Shown piece by piece: positions 27,134 to 34,721 of a stretch of 37,899 nucleotides of DNA. Source of the stretch: Omnitrophica bacterium RIFCSPLOWO2_01_FULL_50_24 (GTDB lineage: Bacteria; Omnitrophota; Omnitrophia; Omnitrophales; Danuiimicrobiaceae); NCBI GenBank assembly GCA_001804225.1, contig MHFO01000064.1:1-37899 (forward strand), given 5' to 3'. Position numbers and translations under genes: made by a program. Within the stretch, counting starts at the first letter, position 1. Each line of letters begins with the position of its first letter. The notes beneath the pieces are model-generated. The model made no database searches. It saw only the letters and a list, made by a program, of their open reading frames with translations, and had not been told where the DNA came from.

Positions 27134-28501
27134 TTAACAGAATGGTGTGGGGGCGACCCTTGTGGTCGCTCGCGTTAAATCGAACGCATGAGACCCCTTG
27201 ATCAATATCGCATCTCCGTCTTTTGCGTACTTCTCCAAACATTCGGCTGCCGACAAACTATCTTTAACCGAAAACCAACGGCCGGCCGGACGAAGCCTGC
27301 GAAACGATTTCTCCGCGTGTTGACATAAATCCCCAACGCTGATGACGACTTCGATTCCCGATTTCGCAAGCCATTCGCCCAATGCTTCGTGATAGTGCAC
27401 CGCTCGATCGCCAAGTTCCAACATATCTCCTGCTACCACAAGAGCTCTTCGTTTTCCCGCCAAGTTCCTAAACGCCGCAAGGGAGTGTTCAAACGATGCG
27501 GGATTGGCGTTGTACGAGTCGTTGACGATGAATAGATCGCGTTCCGGCCAGTGCTCGCAGAAAAAGCGGCCTTCCAGAACCGGCATCTCGTGCCACCACC
27601 GGCTCATTTCGTGAAGATCATACCGAAACAAACTGGCGGTCGCAATCGCGGCAAGTGCATTCATCGCATTAAACGCCCCGTGCCCTTTCAATCGAAACGT
27701 CACTCGGTCGTTGACGAGAAACTGAATCCACCCTTTTTCTGTCTCGAGGCCTGAAAGCACAAAGTCACAGCCGCGGCGGGTTCCAAACGTCACCACAGAG
27801 CCCGAAAACACACTGAGCTTGCGCGCAAGCACCGGATCGTCTCCGTTCGCAACCATCGTTCCTCCTCGACCGAACACCTCTTCGGCAAGTTCAAGCTTTG
27901 CCTCGTACACACCGTCGGTAGAACCGAAACCCTCAAGGTGGGCCGGTGAAATTTGAGTGATGACACCGATCGTAGGTTGGGTGAGTTCTGCGAGAAAAGC
28001 AATCTCGCCAAGGTGATTTGCTCCGAGCTCGAGAACCAAGCATTCATCGGACGACTTTATTTTGAATAGGTTCAGCGGCACCCCGATATGATTGTTCCAA
28101 TTTCCATACCCCACACACGTCCGAAGCGATTGGGCAAGCAACCGTCCAATGCATTCCTTGGTGGTTGTTTTCCCAACGCTGCCTGTGACCGCCACGGTTG
28201 GAATCGAAAAGCGGCTGCGATGAAACCGCGCTAATTCCTGCACCGCTTTCAAAACGTCCGGAACCACAACGGTATCCTGAAGACCGGACAGTTCACGAGC
28301 CGCCAAAACGCCGTGAGCGCCTTTGTCTATTGCTTCGCGCGCAAATTCATGACCGTCCCGGTGTTCCCCGCGAAGTGCGGCAAACAAATCGCCTGCTTGA
28401 ACGCTCCGGCTGTCAATCACGACTGAGCGCACGCGTGCCAAAGGACGTTCAGAAATTAATTTCCCGCCGCAAATGTTCGCAACTTGCTCGAGGGTAAACA
28501 T
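27134..28501 (-). CDS. murF: UDP-N-acetylmuramoyl-tripeptide--D-alanyl-D-alanine ligase
   Basis: VIDSRSVQAGDLFAAL, VTGSVGKTTTKE and NDSYNANP motifs. The ATG start overlaps the murE 3' end by 46 nt. Confidence 0.9.
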   Translation of the reverse strand: MFTLEQVANICGGKLISERPLARVRSVVIDSRSVQAGDLFAALRGEHRDGHEFAREAIDKGAHGVLAARELSGLQDTVVVPDVLKAVQELARFHRSRFSIPTVAVTGSVGKTTTKECIGRLLAQSLRTCVGYGNWNNHIGVPLNLFKIKSSDECLVLELGANHLGEIAFLAELTQPTIGVITQISPAHLEGFGSTDGVYEAKLELAEEVFGRGGTMVANGDDPVLARKLSVFSGSVVTFGTRRGCDFVLSGLETEKGWIQFLVNDRVTFRLKGHGAFNAMNALAAIATASLFRYDLHEMSRWWHEMPVLEGRFFCEHWPERDLFIVNDSYNANPASFEHSLAAFRNLAGKRRALVVAGDMLELGDRAVHYHEALGEWLAKSGIEVVISVGDLCQHAEKSFRRLRPAGRWFSVKDSLSAAECLEKYAKDGDAILIKGSHAFDLTRATTRVAPTPFC

Positions 28502-29964
28502 TTTTTCCTCAGATATTTCCGGGCCACTTCATGATCGCTAAAAGGGTACGATTGATTTCCTACAATTTGATACCGTTCATGACCTTTCCCAAATAGAAAC
28601 ACGATGTCACCTGCTTGGGCTGTTTGAATGGCATGACGAATGGCTTCTTCTCGATCGGCGATTTGAAGTACGGCGTGCTTGCTGTCAATCCCTTGCCGGA
28701 TGTCTTTAAAAATGCTCTCGGGGTCCTCGCTCCTGGAGTTGTCCGATGTGACGATGACAAGGTCAGAATACTGCGCGGCCACGGCACCCATCAAAGCCCG
28801 TTTGCCCCGATCGCGGTCTCCTCCGCAGCCAAACACGCTGATGATTCGACTTCGTGAAAGTTTTCCGGTTTCGGATAAGACATTCCTTAAAGCATCCGGC
28901 GTGTGAGCATAATCGATGAAGAACTGAAAATCTTGTCCTTCCTCTATCCGTTCCATTCGTCCGCAAACCCCTTTAAAGTTCTCTAAAGCACCGATCGCGT
29001 CTTTGAGACTAACTCCCTCAGAACGCGCCACCGCCAGCGCTGCGAGGAGATTGTACACATTCAAGGAAAGACCGAGCGGCGCTTTGACGCGGTACTCCAT
29101 TCCGTCCGTCACAAGATCGAATTCAACGGAAGTCAAACCGACGGTGAGGGACTTCGCGCAAACATCAGCCGGTTCACGAATACCAAAGGTGATCACTTGA
29201 TCACGTTTTAATTCCCGTACCAAACTCACTCCAAACGGATCGTCGATATTCACGACGGCTCGGCGAGGTCTTGGTTCTTCAAGAAACAACTTTTTCTTAG
29301 CCGCGAAATAATGTTCAAAATCGTGATGATAATCCAAGTGATCCTGCGTCAGGTTGGTAAAGACTGCTTCTGAAAATGTGATTCCAAACGTCCGGTCCTG
29401 GTCGAGCGCGTGTGAAGAGATTTCCATGACGACATGAGTCAAACCGTTTGTGCGCATTCGAGATAGCCGTTCGTGCAATTCGAGCGGACCGGGAGTCGTT
29501 TGATGGGCAGCACACTTTTTCTTTCCGTCGTCATAATGAACGGTTCCGACAATGCCCGTCGGGTGTTTAAGACCTACTAGAAACTGGATCAGAAACGAAA
29601 TGGTGGTCTTTCCGTTCGTTCCCGTCACTCCGATTGATTTCAACCGATCTGCCGGCCGGCCAAACGCATTGGCGGCAATTTGAGCAATTGCTTTTCTCGC
29701 ATGAGGAACAATAAAACAAGGAACGCCGATCGAGTAGTTTGAGTCGCCGAGCGGTTCCGAAACCACGGCACTTGCTCCGCGCGAAATAGCATCCGGGATA
29801 AAACGGCGTCCGTCCAAGGTGCTCCCGGGAACCGCCACAAAAAGATCCCCGCGTTTCACCTTTCTGGAATCTGAAGCAACGCCTGTTACGGCCGGCAGCG
29901 TTTCCCCTTGCTTTTGGCACTGATAGGAAACACCTTCTAACCATTGATGGATAGAGGATAACAT
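28456..29964 (-). CDS. murE: UDP-N-acetylmuramoyl-L-alanyl-D-glutamate--2,6-diaminopimelate (or L-lysine) ligase
   Basis: SDSRKVKRGDLFVA, VTGTNGKTT and DYAHTPDAL motifs. CGGDRDRGKR (DNPR-like region) suggests the meso-DAP type. I prefer ATG 29964 (MLSSIHQWL, AGGAAGG upstream) over ATG 30015, which lacks an SD. Confidence 0.9.
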   Translation of the reverse strand: MLSSIHQWLEGVSYQCQKQGETLPAVTGVASDSRKVKRGDLFVAVPGSTLDGRRFIPDAISRGASAVVSEPLGDSNYSIGVPCFIVPHARKAIAQIAANAFGRPADRLKSIGVTGTNGKTTISFLIQFLVGLKHPTGIVGTVHYDDGKKKCAAHQTTPGPLELHERLSRMRTNGLTHVVMEISSHALDQDRTFGITFSEAVFTNLTQDHLDYHHDFEHYFAAKKKLFLEEPRPRRAVVNIDDPFGVSLVRELKRDQVITFGIREPADVCAKSLTVGLTSVEFDLVTDGMEYRVKAPLGLSLNVYNLLAALAVARSEGVSLKDAIGALENFKGVCGRMERIEEGQDFQFFIDYAHTPDALRNVLSETGKLSRSRIISVFGCGGDRDRGKRALMGAVAAQYSDLVIVTSDNSRSEDPESIFKDIRQGIDSKHAVLQIADREEAIRHAIQTAQAGDIVFLFGKGHERYQIVGNQSYPFSDHEVARKYLRKKCLPSSKLRTFAAGN

Positions 29965-30021
29965 CTCAAAACGCCTTCCTTTCAACTCAAGCGGCTGCAC
30001 CGAGCCCGTATACATTTTCGG

Positions 30022-30822
30022 TTAATCACTTCGTTCCCTTGACCAAGGTTCAAGAGATAGCGGGCCTTTAAAATAAAAAGTCAGTTGAACGGTTAAAAAC
30101 CGGTTTCCGTCATCTGCTTCGATCTGAAACGGCAGCGGCGCAAGCGGACCGGCCTGACTCACGGCATCCAAACACATTTGATGAAATTTCGGATTGCTTC
30201 CCAAATACAAAGTTTCCAGATGAGTCACAGCGCCGGAACTCTCAATATGATATTGAACCGTCACCGTCCCGGATTTTCGATTTTGATCGGACTCCAAACT
30301 GGAAATCCACGCTTTCGCAATCCGCTCCCGCATGACTCGCAAATAACCGGGCAGGAGTCGTTCTTGATCGGTCTTCGAAACTTTCCCCAAATCCGGAATC
30401 ACCCACGACACCCCTTGAGATGGTGTTTGGCGAAGTTCGGACGCCGAATCCAAAACCGCAAGATGGCTTTGAAGTTTATGGATTCTCTGGTCAAGGTTTG
30501 CCTGAGCATCCTTAAAGGATTCGCGCAACGCGCTCCAGATCTGACGTTCTTCATGGACACGGTCTTCGACCGGATCCGAAACAGGCGGCAAGGGAACAGC
30601 CGGCCGAACAACGCGAAGTACCTCGGGCTCTTTTTTTCTAAGAGGCAGCGGAGAATTTTGGGAGGATCGGAACACAATGTCAGCTTTCCGCCCTGCGCTG
30701 GGCCGGAAGTTAAAAAGTGTTCCCGCCATGCCCAACATCAAAAGGAGGGTGCCATGGACGCTTAACGAAACGAGCGTCGCAGTCCCATACAGTGCAAGGG
30801 TCTGCTTGGGTATCCTCATCAT
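30022..30822 (-). CDS. Bitopic membrane protein with TonB_C/TolA-like C-terminal domain
   Basis: N-terminal TM segment (LALYGTATLVSLSVHGTLLLML). A short Pro-rich stretch (RPAVPLPPVSDP) and a coiled-coil-like region follow. The C-terminal pattern YLRVMRERIAKAW...SGTVTVQYHIESSGAVTHLE...CLDAVSQAGPLAPLP...LTVQLTFYF fits the TonB C-terminal fold. The ATG overlaps the upstream stop (ATGA). Confidence 0.6.
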   Translation of the reverse strand: MMRIPKQTLALYGTATLVSLSVHGTLLLMLGMAGTLFNFRPSAGRKADIVFRSSQNSPLPLRKKEPEVLRVVRPAVPLPPVSDPVEDRVHEERQIWSALRESFKDAQANLDQRIHKLQSHLAVLDSASELRQTPSQGVSWVIPDLGKVSKTDQERLLPGYLRVMRERIAKAWISSLESDQNRKSGTVTVQYHIESSGAVTHLETLYLGSNPKFHQMCLDAVSQAGPLAPLPFQIEADDGNRFLTVQLTFYFKGPLSLEPWSRERSD

Positions 30823-31313
30823 GCGGATGAACCGGGATGAAGGTGAAACTCGATGGTCGCTGAGTCGGCGTCTAAAGATTTGATCTCGAAACCTCGTGAG
30901 GCAGATAGGTTCACTTGAGCGGAAACCTGACGAAAGCGCAACTCTTTGTCTCCGAATAACTGAGCAAAATGTGATTCGAACGTTACCAAAAGCTCTTTTC
31001 CTTCTACCGAAATCGGGAATTCCCCGGTCAAGATTCCTAGGATCGGATAGTGCACTTTGAGTGAACCGGGTCGCACCCGAAAATGATCTTTCCAGATGAG
31101 TTCCGACCGGCTCAAGTCAATGGTGCCCGGGACAAACGAAAACCACGGCCTTCGGTTCACCTCCAAATGAAGATGGTCTTCAAAGCGCCACAAGACCAGA
31201 TGTGCCAATAGTGAGGGAGCGAGAAGGAGCGGCACCGCAAGCCACAAAAAACGCCGCCACTTTACGAAGGAATAAGCGATCTGAAAACCTCGGGGAACGG
31301 CATTCCGGTCCAT
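30819..31313 (-). CDS. Hypothetical single-pass membrane protein, beta-rich ectodomain
   Basis: TM segment (FLWLAVPLLLAPSLLAHLVLW) followed by about 120 aa with alternating beta-like pattern. I recognise no family. It is translationally coupled to the TonB_C-like gene. Confidence 0.5.
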   Translation of the reverse strand: MDRNAVPRGFQIAYSFVKWRRFLWLAVPLLLAPSLLAHLVLWRFEDHLHLEVNRRPWFSFVPGTIDLSRSELIWKDHFRVRPGSLKVHYPILGILTGEFPISVEGKELLVTFESHFAQLFGDKELRFRQVSAQVNLSASRGFEIKSLDADSATIEFHLHPGSSA

Positions 31314-31453
31314 TCAATCACGAGCAGCCAGACAGTAAACCCCATGAATAAGAACGACACGATCACCAAAAAATAATAAAAAAAACCTAAGCGCTCTGAC
31401 ATCGGCCGCTCAATCTTAATGCCTAATTTCCCTGCTCCGCCAAGTTCATCCAT
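31262..31453 (-). CDS. Hypothetical 63-aa membrane peptide
   Basis: Strong central TM segment (LGFFYYFLVIVSFLFMGFTVWLLVI). Its ATG overlaps the TAA of the HD-GYP gene (TAATG). Its 3' end overlaps the next gene by 52 nt. The short length makes coding status less certain. Confidence 0.4.
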   Translation of the reverse strand: MDELGGAGKLGIKIERPMSERLGFFYYFLVIVSFLFMGFTVWLLVIEWTGMPFPEVFRSLIPS

Positions 31454-33012
31454 TAGATATCTCCTTTTGACTTAACCGAATAGCCGTCCAAGCCCTTCGA
31501 ATTTCCTTCTAGATCTTCTAGTTTCGCCGCTAAGGCCGGCTCTGCAATCACCCGTAAAAAACTTTCTACCACCTTGGGATCAAATTGGGTTCCCGCATTT
31601 GCTTTGATCTCCCCAACCGCTTCCTTCATCGAACGCACTTTCCGATAAGGCCGGCGCGATAACATCGCGGTAAATGAATCCACCACGGCAACGATTCGGC
31701 CGCCGATCGGTATTTCCTCTCCCGCCAACTTGCTGGGATAGCCCTTGCCGTCAAATCTCTCGTGATGATGAAGGATGATCGGAATGACGGGCCTCAGAGA
31801 ACTGATTTGCTGGAGAATCGCGGCGCCTCGTGACGGATGCCGCTTGACTTCCTCGTATTCCAGTTCGGTGAGGCGTTCGCTTTTATGAAGAATCCGCTCC
31901 GGAGTCCCCATTTGGCCCGCATCAATTAAAAACGTCGCGCGGTGTAAATGAGTCAGTTCTTCTTTGGAGAGTCCGAGATCATGGCCTATGCAAAACGCAA
32001 TTTCACCAAAGAGCGGTGAGTGCACATGATCACCCGAAAAACTTAAGTCCAACAATTCGTTAATGGTTTTAATGCTTTCGACCGTCAGGCGCTGCGTCTC
32101 TTCAAAAAGTTGAGCGTTCTTGATGGCGCTCACCGCTTGTTCACTTAGTGTCCTAAGAATTTCCAAATCTGTTGTGGTGAAAGGGGTCCCGTCAATTTTA
32201 TTCCTCAACGCTACAATCCCGACCACATCGTCTTCTATAAAGGGAACTGCAATGCAGGTTCTCGACAAATGAAATTCGGCGGTGTCGGCAACCGCTCCCT
32301 CGATTCCCTTGCCTACTTTGATTCGAGCTTTCCGCGCTTTGCGTTCCCCGAGCGAAAAACGAAGCGTTAAAAATTGCCGGTCGGGTTCCAACAAATAAAC
32401 ATCACATTGCTCCACTTTGAGCACTTGAGCGCACAAACGACCGATGCGCGGCATCAATTCTTTCAAACCCATGGAGGAAGCCATCACGCGATGAACCGAA
32501 TGAATGGTCGAGAGAGCCAGAGCCCGCGGATGAACGGTTTCGTAAAAATTTTGAAGTTCGAATCGACGGTATGCGAGTTCAACTTCTGACTGCAAAAAAC
32601 AATCGAACAAAGAAAGATACCGTTCTGTGTCCGGCTCTTTCTCCGAAATAGAACACAAAATAAAATAACCCTTGAGCCGTCCCAGATGTCTTAACGAGAA
32701 CATGACGCCCGGATGACCACAGCCGCACCGATAACGTCGCGGGGTCTTTTGAACCGAATCAAGATCGGGCGAAGTTTGCGCAAGATGTTTTTCAAGGTAC
32801 GCAACACATTTCGCGTGATTGCCATTTGCTTTCGCATGAAACGCGCAGCCGCCCTTTCGATCGAGTCGAATTAATTTGTTCCCGTCCTCGCCCAAAACAT
32901 ACAGCCATCCGACGGGTTTGCCGAACACCGAGGCAAACCCCGGATAGCCATCTATCCAATGACGGCTCTCCACGAAATACCGCTCTAAAACTGTTTTTTG
33001 TGGTCCCTTCAC
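31453..33012 (-). CDS. Cys/His-rich (PocR-like?) sensor - GAF - HD-GYP domain protein with a substituted HD dyad
   Basis: C-terminal HHHERFDGKGYP and AVVDSFTAMLSRRPYR are HD-GYP signatures. The central part is GAF-like (CDVYLLEPDRQ...GIEGAVADT...VVGIVALRN). The N-terminus has CAFH...HAKC...YRCGCGHPG. Where LHDIGK is expected the sequence reads LIDAGQ. GTG start with GAGGAG 12 nt upstream. Confidence 0.8.
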   Translation of the reverse strand: MKGPQKTVLERYFVESRHWIDGYPGFASVFGKPVGWLYVLGEDGNKLIRLDRKGGCAFHAKANGNHAKCVAYLEKHLAQTSPDLDSVQKTPRRYRCGCGHPGVMFSLRHLGRLKGYFILCSISEKEPDTERYLSLFDCFLQSEVELAYRRFELQNFYETVHPRALALSTIHSVHRVMASSMGLKELMPRIGRLCAQVLKVEQCDVYLLEPDRQFLTLRFSLGERKARKARIKVGKGIEGAVADTAEFHLSRTCIAVPFIEDDVVGIVALRNKIDGTPFTTTDLEILRTLSEQAVSAIKNAQLFEETQRLTVESIKTINELLDLSFSGDHVHSPLFGEIAFCIGHDLGLSKEELTHLHRATFLIDAGQMGTPERILHKSERLTELEYEEVKRHPSRGAAILQQISSLRPVIPIILHHHERFDGKGYPSKLAGEEIPIGGRIVAVVDSFTAMLSRRPYRKVRSMKEAVGEIKANAGTQFDPKVVESFLRVIAEPALAAKLEDLEGNSKGLDGYSVKSKGDI

Positions 33013-33034
33013 AACCGATTCAAGCTCCTCAAAG

Positions 33035-33056
33035 ATTCGTGCTCCGGAGCACGAAT
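33035..33056. repeat. Perfect 22-bp palindrome ATTCGTGCTCC|GGAGCACGAAT in the dgt/HD-GYP intergenic gap
   Basis: Read directly: 33035-33045 is the exact reverse complement of 33046-33056. It lies 35 nt after the dgt stop and 23 nt before the GTG start at 33012. It could be an RNA hairpin without a good U-tract, or a dimeric operator. Confidence 0.6.
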
Positions 33057-33090
33057 TGCGTAGCAGTGTAACACCTAATATTCTGATCCG

Positions 33091-34206
33091 TCAAACCCGT
33101 TCGTAGGGGGCAAACAACCGCTCGTATTCGTCCAGAGCAAACCGGTCCGTCATCCCCGCAACATAGTCACAGATCACCCGTTCGAGCCCATCTTGAGAAA
33201 TCCGCTTCAGCACCGAAGGCGGCAGCTGCTTGGGCTGTGAAAGGTACACTTGGAATAACCCTTTAATGACCCTCTGACCTTTTTCGGTCATTCGAATCAC
33301 CCGATAATGCTGATACAAGTGCTCCGTCAGAAATTGTTTCAACTCATTCACTTTGGGTCTTAGAGCTTTTGAGAATTGAACCACGGGGGTGCGGGTACGA
33401 GCATAATCTTCCGGTGCGGCAATTTTAAAGCGCCGGATATTTTTCATCGTTTCGCCAATGACATCACCGACCAAACGATTCATGAGAAGACGGATCCCCA
33501 TCTTCACTTTAACCACGCGGCTTGCCGAACGAACCTTGCGCTCAATGTAGCGATTCGCCTCTTTCCAGAGTCCGGTCCGGAGCGCGTCACGGGTATCGAG
33601 AAGTTCGGCCCGAAGCCCGTCGTCAAGATCATGACAGTGATACGCAATCGAATCGGCAAGATCCACCACATCCGCTTCAAGTGACCGCACTCGTTGGCGC
33701 TCGTGCTTTCTTAACCCATCCCGCACTTCGACGGTTAGGTTTAACCCCGGAAATCCTGAGTAACTTTCTTCCAATTCTTCAACAATTCTCAGACACTGCC
33801 GATTGTGCTCAAAGCTGCCGTGGCCGCGCATCAAAACGGACAAAGCGTCTTGACCGGCGTGGCCAAACGGTCCGTGACCCAAATCGTGAGCGAGGGCAAC
33901 CGCTTCGATCAAATCTTCATTTAACCTGAGGGCGCGCCCGATGGTCCGCGCGATTAAACTCATCTCCAGAGTGTGTGTGAGACGGGTTCGGTAGTGGTCG
34001 CCTTCGTGATTGACGAAAACTTGGGTTTTATATTCAAGGCGGCGGAAGGCGGTACTGTAAACGATTCGGTCGCGGTCTCGCCCAAAAGCGGTTCGGAAAT
34101 CGTGTTCTTTTTCCGGATACTTCCGCCCGCGCGAGGTTTCGCTTAAAACCGCATAGGGGGCAAGCCACTCGCGTTCACGCTGTTCAAGGCAAGTACGGTC
34201 AATCAT
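33091..34206 (-). CDS. dgt: Deoxyguanosinetriphosphate triphosphohydrolase-like (HD-domain dNTPase)
   Basis: FRTAFGRDRDRIVYSTAFRRLEYKTQVF, RLTHTLE, ALAHDLGHGPFGH and YVAGMTD motifs. I prefer ATG 34206, which forms an ATGA overlap with the HIT stop, over the ORF-track start 34326. Confidence 0.9.
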   Translation of the reverse strand: MIDRTCLEQREREWLAPYAVLSETSRGRKYPEKEHDFRTAFGRDRDRIVYSTAFRRLEYKTQVFVNHEGDHYRTRLTHTLEMSLIARTIGRALRLNEDLIEAVALAHDLGHGPFGHAGQDALSVLMRGHGSFEHNRQCLRIVEELEESYSGFPGLNLTVEVRDGLRKHERQRVRSLEADVVDLADSIAYHCHDLDDGLRAELLDTRDALRTGLWKEANRYIERKVRSASRVVKVKMGIRLLMNRLVGDVIGETMKNIRRFKIAAPEDYARTRTPVVQFSKALRPKVNELKQFLTEHLYQHYRVIRMTEKGQRVIKGLFQVYLSQPKQLPPSVLKRISQDGLERVICDYVAGMTDRFALDEYERLFAPYERV

Positions 34207-34700
34207 GGTTTCTTTGAGCGTCCTGATCGAGCCGAAAACGCCAAGGTTCGATAGGCACTGGCAAGCGATTCGGAAATAACTTTCGTATCGGCTGTCACCG
34301 GCATAAAATTCGTGTCTCCCTTCCACCTGGGAACGATGTGAAGGTGAATATGCCCGGGCAGGCCGGCACCGCCGGTTTGACCGAAATTGATCCCCCAGTT
34401 AAATCCCTGCGCGTTCATCCGTTGCCTAATACGCTCCATGACTTGATTGGCGAGCCGGAGAAGATCGAGTGACTCCTCATCGGAAAGGTCAGAAAGCAAC
34501 CGGACATGACGCTTGGGGACAACCATCACATGGCCATTGTTATAGGGATACTGATTGAGGACGGCAATGCTGTGCGGGGTACGAGCCAATACCCCATTGG
34601 CTCGATCGCGTTTGGAACGCTTGAGGGCACAGACAAAACAACCCTTTGTTTTTTTACCCAGAATGTATGCCCTTCGCCAAGGCGCCCAAAGCTTGTTCAT
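34203..34700 (-). CDS. HIT family protein, GalT/Ap4A-phosphorylase-like branch
   Basis: LWAPWRRAYI at the N-terminus, LNQYPYNNGHVMVVP, and the histidine triad HIHLHIVPRWKGDTNFM. Confidence 0.85.
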   Translation of the reverse strand: MNKLWAPWRRAYILGKKTKGCFVCALKRSKRDRANGVLARTPHSIAVLNQYPYNNGHVMVVPKRHVRLLSDLSDEESLDLLRLANQVMERIRQRMNAQGFNWGINFGQTGGAGLPGHIHLHIVPRWKGDTNFMPVTADTKVISESLASAYRTLAFSARSGRSKKP

Positions 34701-34721
34701 GAAAAAAGGAGGTGTTCTCTT

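Noticed and set aside
16104-30015. Concluding that the organism lacks FtsZ and FtsI because they are missing from the dcw cluster.
   Set aside because: Absence from a 38-kb window says nothing about the rest of the genome. It is reported only as a positional anomaly to be checked genome-wide.
33091-34206. Calling the dGTPase-like gene an anti-phage dGTPase on its own.
   Set aside because: Its size (about 371 aa) and motifs fit the widespread housekeeping Dgt-like dNTPase class equally well. Only the linkage to the ATPase is unusual, so it is presented as a hypothesis, not a call.
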